Below are positions 25,964-36,757 of a stretch of DNA of 64,000 bases, in pieces; positions within the stretch are counted from its first letter, which is position 1; the number at the start of each line of letters is the position of its first letter. Origin of the DNA: Macrostomum hystrix (taxonomy: Eukaryota; Animalia; Platyhelminthes); NCBI GenBank assembly GCA_950097015.1, contig CATNEN010000001.1, positions 25,110,001 through 25,174,000 of the forward strand, written 5' to 3'. The notes below the pieces were generated by a model. That model was not told where the DNA came from, did no database searches, and worked only from the letters and a program-made list of their open reading frames with translations. The translations under genes and the position numbers were made by a program.

Positions 25964-27216
25964 CTAAACATTGGCCTCTTCGCAGGCGTCAATCCATTCG
26001 CTGTAGACATCGATGGCCTCCGACAGATAGTTGATGCTGGTCTGGAAGTCTTCTAAGCAGACACGACAGGAGATGCTGCCGACTCGGGCCCGCTTGTTGC
26101 TGAAGGCAAGGGTTCAGTGTGGGTTCAGTGTGGGTTCAGTGTGGGTTCAGTGTGGGTTCAGTGTGGGTTCAGTGTGGGTTCAGTGTGGGTTCAGTGTGGG
26201 TTCAGTGTGGGTTCAGTGTGGGTTCAGTGTGGGTTCAGTGTGGGTTCAGTGTGGGTTCAGTGTGGGTTCAGTGTGGGTTCAGTGTTAGGTTCAGTGTGGG
26301 TTCAGTGTGGGTTCAGTGTGGGTTCAGTGTGGGTTCAGTGTGGTTTCAGTGTAGGTTCAGTGTGGGTTCAGTGTAGGTTCAGTGTGGGTTCAGTGTAGGT
26401 TCAGTGTGGGTTCAGTGTAGGTTCAGTGTGGGTTCAGTGTGGGTTCAGTGTAGGTTCAGTGTGGGTTCAGTGTAGGTTCAGTGTGGGTTCAGTGTAGGTT
26501 CAGTGTGGGTTCAGTGTGGGTTCAGTGTAGGTTCAGTGTGGGTTCAGTGTGGGTTCAGTGTAGGTTCAGTGTGGGTTCAGTGTAGGTTCAGTGTGGGTTC
26601 AGTGTAGGTTCAGTGTGGGTTCAGTGTGGGTTCAGTGTAGGTTCAGTGTGGGTTCAGTGTAGGTTCAGTGTGGGTTCAGTGTAGGTTCAGTGTGGGTTCA
26701 GTGTGGGTTCAGTGTGGGTTCAGTGTGGGTTCGGTGTTAGGTTCAGTGTGGGTTCAGTGTGGGTTCAGTGTGGGTTCGGTGTGGGTTCAGTGTTAGGTTC
26801 AGTGTGGGTTCGGTGTGGGTTCAGTGTGGGTTCAGTGTGGGTTCAGTGTAGGTTCAGTGTGGGTTCAGTGTGGGTTCAGTGTAGGTTCAGTGTGGGTTCA
26901 GTGTGGGTTCGGTGTTAGGTTCAGTGTGGGTTCAGTGTGGGTTCAGTGTGGGTTCGGTGTGGGTTCAGTGTTAGGTTCAGTGTGGGTTCGGTGTGGGTTC
27001 AGTGTGGGTTCAGTGTGGGTTCAGTGTTAGGTTCAGTGTGGGTTCGGTGTGGGTTCAGATTGGGTTCAGAATGGGTTCGGGGAACACCTGGAACACTCAC
27101 AGCTTGACTTCGCAGGATTTCTCATGGTTACAGAACGGACAGTTGAACTGCTCGTCCAGCGGCACAATCACCTTGGCCTTGGGTGGCGGCTTGCGAGCCT
27201 TCCTGCGGCGTCCCAT
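25964..27216 (-). CDS. ELOF1: Transcription elongation factor 1 homolog (Elf1/ELOF1), 83 aa. Exons 27216-27101 and 26099-25964
   Basis: Not in the ORF track. Manual splice gives [83 protein letters not shown], the Elf1 zinc ribbon; GTGAGT...TTCAG intron. Confidence 0.96.
26110..27080. repeat. 11-bp minisatellite (GGGTTCAGTGT)n filling the ELOF1 intron
   Basis: About 87 units with GTAGG/GTTAGG variants. Confidence 0.96.
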
Positions 27217-27354
27217 GCTGATTAGTTGATGAGCTGGAATGGGAAATTTATTCGCGTGAGATAGGATTCACTGACGTTACAAGGAGACTCGAAACTAATT
27301 AATTAATCAACAAAAAACCCTTAAGTCACTTATGCGAAATAAATATTAAAGTAT

Positions 27355-28420
27355 CAGGGGAACCCTGAAAGAAGAGGCCAAACCTGAAGGATCAGAGGAA
27401 CCCTGAAGGATCAGAGGGACCCTGAAGGATTAAGGAAACCCTGAAGGATTAAGGAAACCCTGAAGGATTAAGGAAACCCTGAAGGATTAAGGAAACCCTG
27501 AAGGATTAAGGAAACCCTGAAGGATTAAGGAAACCCTGAAGGATTAAGGAAACCCTGAAGGATTAAGGAAACCCTGAAGGATCAGGGTGTAACACACTAA
27601 AAGTGGGGAACGAACCTCGCGCTGGCAGACCGAGACCGGTTTCTGGCTTGTTTGCCTTCGTCAGTCAGCCATAGCCACACGCAATCCTCCCCCACCACTC
27701 TTAGTGTGCACAGAAGTCTTTTTAAGCTTGCCTGTTTTATGGCGATATTTTTTTCTTGTTATGTGAGAGTTTTGCAGCCAAGTCTTTGCTTTTCTACTGT
27801 TGTCAGTAGTCTGAATTGTATCTCTCTCACAGGGCAAACCTAAAGGATCAGGGGAACCCTGAAGGATCAGAGGAAACCTGAAGGATCAGGGGAAACCTGA
27901 AGGATAAGGGGACACCTGAAGGATCAGGGGACACCTGAAGGATCAGGGGACACCTGAAGGATCCAGGGAACCCTAAAGGATCCAGGGAACCCTGAAGGAT
28001 CAGAGGAAACCTGAAGTATAAGGGGAACCTGAAGGATAAGGGGAACCCTGAAGGATTTGGGGAAACCTGAAGAATCAGGGGAAACCTGAAGGATCAGGGG
28101 AAACCTGAAGGATCCAGGGAACCCAAAAGGATCCAGGGAACCCTGAAGGATCAGAGGAAACCTGAAGTATAAGGGGAACCTGAAGGATAAGGGGAACCCT
28201 GAAGGATTTGGGGAAACCTGAAGAATCAGGGGAAACCTGAAGGATCAGGGGAAACCTGAAGGATCAGGGGAAACCTGAAGGATAAGGGGAAATCTGAAGG
28301 ATAAGGGGAAACCTGAAGGATCAGGGGAAACCTAAAGAATCAGGGGAAACCTGAAGGATAAGGGGAATCCTGAAGGATCAGGGGAACCCTAAAGAATCAG
28401 GGGAAACCTGAAGGATCTGG
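27355..28420. repeat. 19-20 bp CCTGAAGGAT-core minisatellite, interrupted by the insertion at 27588-27829
   Basis: GGAAACCCTGAAGGATTAA and GGGGAAACCTGAAGGATCA units. Confidence 0.93.
27588..27829 (+). mobile_element. Short (~240 bp) TG...CA element, solo-LTR/TRIM-like, copy A
   Basis: Starts TGTAACAC, ends TCTCA, flanked by CAGGG direct repeats; an inverted near-identical copy lies at 51903-52145. Confidence 0.75.
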
Positions 28421-28739
28421 TGGAGTGAAATATCGAAGGAACTAAAGCTATATATAATATTATTCGCTTTACAACCAATGAAACATATTCCTATGAAAAA
28501 AATAAATTAAATGAGATCAGCTTTTTAGCACACTGTTGTGTATTTATCTGCACCACAGGCAGTGACAAATTTGCATTTCTCACGATTCCAATACATCATA
28601 CTACTTAACAGAAGTAGTGCTAAAGTCGGCCAAAAATTTTAAAGGAAATACAATGCAACAACCAAATGCGACTCGCTTGCTAAGAAGACTGCTCAAAAGT
28701 GTAATTTGATTATAGACTCAACAAGCATGCCCAGTTTTC

Positions 28740-31700
28740 TCAGCCTGTCCCGTGACCGGAGATAATCTTCAACGCCCGGCGCTTCAACGCCGCTAAACGT
28801 TTGGCCTCGAGTTTCTCGTTGGCAGCGGCAGACTCAGCTGCAGCTGGGGTGGCTGCAGGATCTTTCTTAGACTTTCTTTTCTTGTTCCTCTTGTTCTTGC
28901 TGCTCCTAGTGCCGCCATTGTTGGTGCCAGCGGCAGCTGCGGCAACAGAAGAGGCCGGCTGCTCCACCTGTTGAACCTGTTCAACAGCCTCCTCGTCTTC
29001 ATCTAGTTCCATGGTGGCATCGGCCTGATCCTTCGAATCAGCAGCCTGCGGCAGATCCTCGGCGCTCGGGAGCGGAGGAAGGCGCAGCTGCAGCTGCAGG
29101 CTGCAACTCGCGGAGCCAAGCCTCAGCCGGGTTGTCTTGGCCGCGGTGGAGGCTGCGGACTGCTGCTGCTGCGGCAGACTTCGCTTCAGCTGACCGTGCA
29201 TCATGAGCGAATGCCGGCAGCCTGCGGTGGCTGGCGGCGGCGGGCAGGCGATGAGCAGGCAGGAGACGGGCGATGAGGAATGACGCAGGCTGAGCAGCTG
29301 GGCCAGGTTGGGACAGGACACAATGACCACTCGGCCACGACTCGAACCCACGGCCAGCCGGTCCGCTAATGCCGAGGCGGCTAGGGCGACAGCGTCGCCA
29401 TCCTCAGCCGGCCAGAGACGATGCGTTGCTAAGCGACCCGCAGTGTCGCTGGAGTCGCTAACGATGGCGGCGGTGGCGGCGGCGGTGTCGGCCCTGCCAG
29501 AGGACAGCAGCGGGCGCATCAGGCAGAGCCGGATTGCCAAGCCGTTGGCGCAGCCGAAGAAGCCGTGAGTCAGGGTTGCGTCACCGCTCAGAGGGGGCTG
29601 CGGCAGCAGCAACTGCAGCAGGCGGCGACCGGTGGAGCAGCAGAGCAGGCTCACCTGACAAGGCGGAAGTTGGAATTTTGTGATTTAAAAAATCGGCCTA
29701 ACATATGATCCGTGACTGGGAAAACATGTTTCTACTTAAAGTAGTATGAACAAACTTAGCATTGCAATTGCATGACAAGGTATTACCAACGGATAGGGGA
29801 TTTGTCTTGTCAAATTCGCGTCAGAGTGTCCATAGTGGCCTAGTTCCACCTGTTGTAAGCCCTTGAAGGTCAAGCAGTCCGTCTAGATAAAGGTAGGTGT
29901 CAGTTGACCACCGAAGACGGAGATGATGGGGGGCACATTCGGGTGACATGCTGATAAAGTTTGAAGGCCTGGCAAGGCCGCACTGAGGCGCAGTGCTAAT
30001 TTGTGTATATAGGAGTTTATGAAAAACACTAGCGCTTATGGGAAAAATCTGACCTTCGGCCAGAACCATTGAATTTCTCGACGATCTGAAGAGCTGGCGA
30101 CTTGATTCTTGTTTTAGAAGATGCGCAACAAAAATTTGGCCCTTGTTCTTGAGTTTCGTGTACCTGTTTTGCTCCGTTCGGGTGAAGCACCAAAAAATTG
30201 TCAGGGGGATTTCCCCTTGGTAACTATCAAGCAAGTGGGCAATGAAACTCACCTGTCCATTAGCAGCCCAGGCCATGAGTTGGCAATTATGCGGCGCCGA
30301 TCCGATTGGCCGAACGCCAATAGCAGGGCACAGAGCAGCGACCCAGCTCTGCGCCGGCTTCAGAGCAGCCGATGATGAACTGGCGCCATCCAGGCTGCCA
30401 ACGAGCTGCAGGTGGCCGCTATTGAGAGCAAGCCCGGTGTCCCACAGGCACACGAGACCATCGTCACCAACTGAGGCCAGGTAGTGAGCCGGCTGCGACC
30501 AGGCCAGGCAGCGGATGCGCCTGTGGTGGGCGCCGGACAGGACTGCCAGCAGGTCGCCTGTGCCACTGTGCCACAGCTGAGAGCGAGAGGACAATGGCGC
30601 TGCCACATTGTAGCTAACCGAATTCAGCTGGGTATTATACTACCTCCGAAGTCAAGAAATCGATCCCATAACCAAGATGCCAAATTATCCCTATTCCCAG
30701 TAAGGAAACGATCGCATAACCTAGATTCCAATTTGAATAAAATTAAATCGATCCCATACCCTAGATGCCAAATTATCCCCACTCCCAGTTAGGAATCGAT
30801 CCCATAACCTAGATCCCAAATTATCCCCACTCCCAGTAAGGGATAGATCCCATAACCTAGATCCCAAATTATCCCCAGTCCCAGTAAGGAATCGATCCCA
30901 TACCCTAGATCCCAAATTATCCCCACCCCCAGTAAGGGATAGATCCCATAACCTAGATGCCAGATTATCCCCACTCCCACTTAGGAATCGATCCCATACC
31001 CTAGATGCCAGATTATCCCCACTCCCAGTTAGGAATCGATCCCATACCCTAGATGCCAGATTATCCCCACTCCCAGTTAGGAATCGATCCCATACCCTAG
31101 ATGCCAGATTATCCCCACTCCCAGTTAGGAATCGATCCCATACCCTAGATGCCAGATTATCCCCACTCCCAGTTAGGAATCGATCCCATACCCTAGATGC
31201 CAGATTATCCCCACTCCCAGTTAGGAATCGATCCCAAATTATCCCCACTCCCAGTAAGGAATCGATCCCATAACCTAGATCCCAAATTATCCCCACTCCC
31301 AGTAAGGAATCGATCCCATAACCTAGATCCCAAATTATCCCTATCCCCAGTAAGGAATCGATCCCATACACTAGATCCCAAATTATCCCCACTCCCAGTA
31401 AGGAATCGATCCCATAACCTAGATCCCAAATTATCCCCACTCCCAGTTAGGAATCGATCCCATACCCTAGCTGCCAAATTATCCCCACAGCCACCCAGAT
31501 CTTCAGTAAGCTCACCAGAATCCGTTCTCCCAGGGCGGCAGCGCACACATCGCCGCATTCAGTGAACGCCAGAGCTGTGGCCTGCCCAGCCAGAACTATT
31601 CGCCTGTGTTGTTGCTGCTGCTGCTGTTGCTGTGATGACGTCATCTGCCAGCAGGAGATAAGCGGCTTGCCGGCAGCAGCTGAGAAAACAGTGCCAGTAT

Positions 31701-31836
31701 CTGGCAAGTAGCATAAGCTACCAGGTACTGGAGGTTCAACCTGGCGGCACTGCCTAAGCTGGCTGCCACTGCGAATGTCATAGCAGGCAGTGACACTGCC
31801 GCCGCCTCCAATGCCCGAGTCACTAACAATTACCTG
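28740..31836 (-). CDS. WDR18: WD40-repeat protein, WDR18/Ipi3-like. Exons 31836-31516, 30576-30253, 29654-28740; start codon probably in an upstream exon (candidate ATG CAG at 33588-33583)
   Basis: VIVSDS...YDIRSGSQL...GKPLISCW...RIVLAGQATALAF...ERIL|LWHSGTGDLLAVLSGAHHRRIRCLAWS...SVGDDGLVCLWD parallels the WDR18 N-terminus; phase-0 GT-AG junctions; basic C-terminal tail. Confidence 0.75.
30655..31490. repeat. 48-bp minisatellite in a WDR18 intron
   Basis: AGGAATCGATCCCATACCCTAGATGCCAGATTATCCCCACTCCCAGTT units. Confidence 0.94.
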
Positions 31837-31865
31837 CTGCAAAGAAGATAAGTGATTCAATAAAA

Positions 31866-32100
31866 TATCCCCACTCCCAGTAAGGAATCGATCCCATAAC
31901 CTAGATCCCAAATTATCCCCACTCCCAGTTAGGAATCGATCCCATACCCTATAGATGCCAAATTATCCCCTCTCTCAGTAAGGAATCAATACCATACCCT
32001 AGATGCCAAATTATCCCCTCTCCCAGTTAGGAGTCGATCCCATACCAAATTATCCCCACTCCCAGTTAGGGATTGGGGATATCTTCTAACTCCCAGTTAG
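31866..32100. repeat. Same 48-bp minisatellite on the other side of the WDR18 exon, same orientation
   Basis: Same unit, about 4 copies. Confidence 0.88.
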
Positions 32101-32414
32101 AAGATCAGTGATTCAAATAAAAAAACATAAATAAGAAGCACAGTATATGTACAACATATTTATACAAGTCTAGTTGTACACATTTGCATAACTTTAAGAG
32201 TCAACACACCAGAAAAGATGCCTACAATAAATCATGGAACCTTGAGCTCACAACACTTATTTCAACCATCCATCTAACTTGGAAACCAAAAAAGAAGCTT
32301 AAAAGAAGCCACAAGGCTTAAAGTTTGTCATGAAAACTGGATTTGCCTAAAGAGCAGAAGAGAAGTAGGAAATGAAACTTATGTACTTTATAAATGTAAT
32401 AATATGAGCTCCAG

Positions 32415-32820
32415 TGTAAAGTGCTGTGGAACTATGGAAGGCCATGATTTTGACTGTCCTGCTATACAACACCAAGAACTTGATGCTGACAGACACAACA
32501 CACTTGAGACTGTTCAATGCTGTCTTCAAGCTGACAAGAGCATCAAGACTGAGCCAATCCTGTGCCAATGGCATTTTCAACTGGCTGGCCACATGAGCTA
32601 CTGCGCCCAACCTGCTCAGTGTGTCTTGCTGCTGACTCAGGCGGGACTGTTCAGATGGGGGCCACATGTTGACTTTGATATATGTGGACTACACATTTTA
32701 GTGACCCTATGGCATCCAACACTGCCTACTGGCCAGATTTTGTTTGGATGCTCTGGGGCATGCCATCTGTTGCTGCCCTTGACTACACTGTTGCATTTGC
32801 AACTTGGGGGCTGGGTTTAG
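32415..32820 (+). mobile_element. Degenerate RTE-type LINE 3' remnant
   Basis: Frameshifted + strand pieces VELWKAMILTVLLYNTKNLMLT and WHFQLAGHM resemble post-RT motifs of RTE LINEs (VLLYGxETWTLT; RRLQLAGH). Confidence 0.4.
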
Positions 32821-34970
32821 GTGCATTGTTGTGCTAAGTATTAAAAAAATTAATTTTTATAAAGTTTATATCATAGTTTTCAGCTAAAGTCCATTTGATT
32901 TTTTATAATCAAAATTGCAAATGAAGCTTCTGAAATACAAATATATTGCTAATGGTTGAAAACAAAATAATGTTATTGCTATTATAAAAAATTAATTTGC
33001 ATGCTACTAAATTATAGTTTAAATTGTTGAACTTAAGAAATACAGCAACCATAGTCCAAATCATGCAGGCTACACACTAGAAAGAGTTTGACATGCTTTC
33101 TGCCTTTATGCCAATTTATGTTAAATGGAAAATGGCCCCAAAGCCTTATGCCAAATTATGGCAATCAAAAAAGAATGCCCAGAATTAAGGAAAAATTCTA
33201 AGTTATGGTTCAGGTTAAAAAGTTTTTTAAACAGATGTTTGAAATTTTCAATTAAATATGAAACTTAATAATACATTAAGTTATACATTAATACATTATA
33301 CATTATACACTATACATTAATACATTAATAATAATACATAATACATGCTTTATATTTGTGACTAAATAAAATGTTGAACAGTAGGCCCCTAACAAAAAAC
33401 AAAAATGTGAACCAAAAATAAAATGTAAAATTTTTTGGTAAAAACAACAAGGAGTTACACAAAGGTTGTGAATTTATGTTAACATACAACATCATAGATA
33501 TTACATAAGTTGCAACTAAAATTTTGATAATTAATAAATTGTTTCTAACTACATCTAAACTTTTGTACAACTTCATTTCCACCTGCATTTTAACCGATTT
33601 GGATGCTTGGACTTTATACACCAACAAAACTAACGTCAAATTTGTTTCCAAATAATAAGCCTACACCTGAAATTTAGAGCATTAACTACATGATCTAGAC
33701 TATGTGACTATGTCTATAGGACAGCAATTCAAATTCAAAACCAAAAGCAACAAAATTTTGGATAGCAAAATAACCTAAAGTATCACAATCAATGTGCTGT
33801 ATTTTTGTCGATAGGCCTATTAATTTTGCCCTTGTGGTGGACAGTCAACATGTGACCAGCCAGAGCCAGTGCAGCCGCACTAAAACCTCTCATCCTCAGT
33901 CTAGTTAAGGTGGGGTTGGTGCACCCAGCCAGCCAGCTTGCTAAGCTGGGGGGTTTGCAAAGTCCAACCACTTTTCGCACCCCCTAGGCCGACTCAGACT
34001 TGCAAATCCAACATTTTAGTAATCAAGCTGACATATGATGCTTTAAGAAATTATGAAACGGTTTATTAGAAATTAAACATGAAATAGTGCATATCCAGGA
34101 ATAGTTAGATTAGAAGTAAAAAGGTAGATAGATTAAAAAAAGTACCACATGATTAAGCATGCTTTAAAATGTTACGTTTTATGGAAAACAAAGACAATTT
34201 TCTAATTATAGGCCTATTTTTGTTATTTTTTTTAAAACAACTTGAGGCACCGGCAAAACTTTTAAAGTTTGTGTTTTATAATTTATTAACTAATTTATTG
34301 AGCCTTAAGCTACGAATGTGTCATGATTTTTTCTCTACACTTCGTCTCTGCTTGGAACACTAAAGTTTACTTTTTTAGTGTGTAGCAGCTGTGTACTAGC
34401 TCATCTTGTATGATGGAAATTTCCAATTCCAAAAGGAGTGGAAAAATCCATTTCCACTGGTTATCGTGGTAATTCCTTGGTAATTTTCCACTTTTTTAAT
34501 TTCACTCTTTGAACAGAAGGGTGCAGTTGCTCTTGACCGCGTACTCGACGAAACAGCGTGTAATTGATAAGCAAGCACAATTGCAGATATCTACTGTATA
34601 AAAATATTATATAACAATAATCAATCAATCAATAAAAACAAAGCAGAAGCAAGTTTTGAATGTCCAATAACTAAAAGATGGTGCAGCGTCAGAAAAAAGC
34701 TTTATGTTTAATTTAACTTTTTTCAGTACAACGCAATTTCACATGTACTACTGCTAGTACTAGCACAAGAAAGTGTCATATTTGACGGCTTTAATAAATA
34801 CAGTGTTCTATTTGCAAACTTGCACAAAATCTTACGCATCGATTGAAAGTTTTGAAATAGAATGCACACGTATTAAAATTTGAAAAACTCGTAACTCACA
34901 ATAACTAACTCAAAAAACTGCCGAAACCGTCCAATCGTACTTCTCAAATTGCTGAAATGTACTTTAATAG

Positions 34971-36127
34971 TGTGATATTTTGACTTAGGTCTCTCTTTAC
35001 GTTGAGATTCCTAAATGAGGTCGGGTGTCCTACTCTTTGTGAGAGATTCCCTTTTCGCAACTCGAAAATAACGAAGACAAGACGATTCAAATCCCAAGCT
35101 AAACAGCTGATATTTAAGTGTTAACCAGTAAATAAGAGAAAGCTATGATCACTGATCAATTCCCCTGGCAGCGCTCTTTTCGTCCCCTGCCAGGTACTGT
35201 ACTTAATTCAATCCAATTCACAATTCGCACTAACAAAATCTCGATAACCGCAACACAAAACACGAACTCTACTCGATAATACGACACGATAAATAACACA
35301 AATAAATCCTAGACAAACAGATAGTCCCTATAACAAACAAGACAAATAACGCGAAACCTAACCAAAATCCCTAACATAAAACCGAGGCGACCAGCAAGCA
35401 CTTCTGCACTATGGCACAACGATAGTTCTATCGTGCCACACCTAATGTCTGTTCGACGGCGTCCCACCGATGATTGTCGGCGATATGGAGAGTGCTTCCG
35501 TGCTTGCCAATCCCTATCTAACACTCCGTCAGCAGTTGGCCAGACGTACCGAGCTCAGCGCAAGCTACTTACTGACGTGGGGTTGAGTGTGGGGGTTTTC
35601 TTTGACTAACTAGTTGGACCGGTTTACCTGTCCCGGTATCTATTTACTAGGATGCGTAACACGAATGAGAACAATATCAAGATCAAGAGCAAGAGCAAGG
35701 TCGAACGCGAGACCAGAATCACATGAGAACAATATTTCAGCGCAATAGTCAGTTTTATAGTCAAGCGCCCGCCCCAGCCCTCATTAAAGCCTGGGTGCCG
35801 GCCGCGCCGCTTGTTCTTCTGCCAGGTCGACCCTGCCGGTTAACGAACCGGCTGCTGATTGGCCCGGCTCGGGGTGTCGCACTTAAGTCGGTTCACTTCA
35901 ATCGGCTAGCCGTCCTCCCATTGGTTGGGCCCACCAGACCAGGGCTAGTCTGATGCCTTGGCTGTAGAGCAGGGGTGACCGGCCGGTCGCGTGTTAGGCC
36001 TGGCTGGGGTGCGCATGTACAAACAACTAACCTATCAGATACATTAAAATAATTCATAATATTGACGTGCGCGAATAAGTTACTACAAGTAGAAATATAC
36101 GCATTATAAAAACATGCCGACACTACA
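34971..36127 (-). repeat. 3' LTR
   Basis: + strand TGTGATATTT...CCGACACTACA; direct repeat of 43207-44363. Confidence 0.96.
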
Positions 36128-36139
36128 CTCCCCCCTCCT
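36128..36139 (-). other. Polypurine tract (AGGAGGGGGGAG) abutting the 3' LTR
   Basis: + strand CTCCCCCCTCCT immediately inside the LTR; second copy near 36260. Confidence 0.88.
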
Positions 36140-36757
36140 AAAAGAAGTGGAGTGCGAACAAAACAGAAAATAACGGACACAAGACTCGATACCTAAATAA
36201 ACTGGAAACCGAGATTTAAACAGAAAACGAAAATTTTCAACTCCTCTGGGGGACACCTCCTCCCCCCTCCTAAAAGAATAGGAGCTGGTTTAACGCGAAA
36301 AAGAAAATTTTACGCTATCTATAATCGTATTAAAGAAACAATACAGAAAGCAAAGGTTGTCCAAAGCACAATGTTTTGACTAACGCTTGTATTCCTTCGT
36401 CGCCGAAAAGGTACAATTTCAAAAAAATTTAGATTAATAATAACAGAACTAAAGCATATTAAGGTTTGCTTAAAGAATTCCATTAGATTTAAATTCAAAA
36501 TACAAAATTCTGCAACTTGTCATCAAAATTTTACGATTAACTACAAAAGGAACAATAGAATGATCAGTTTAACAGCAAATTTAACAATTCGACTTCAAAA
36601 TTCAACACTTGATTACAAAATTTCAATCAATATTCATGCCTTTTTCAGCGCAAATTTTCTGACATTATAATTTAATTTGCAAGAAATATACTACTCTTAA
36701 AAGTATATCACACGCTTTCGCAAGGAAAATCTGTACGATTCACGGACTCAACAATTT

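Noticed and set aside
26110-27080. Interstitial telomere
   Set aside because: The unit is an 11-mer, not TTAGGG; TTAGG appears only as an occasional variant.
35309-36180. Short ORFs in the LTRs or an env gene
   Set aside because: Duplicated only because they lie in the LTRs; no long ORF between pol and the PPT.
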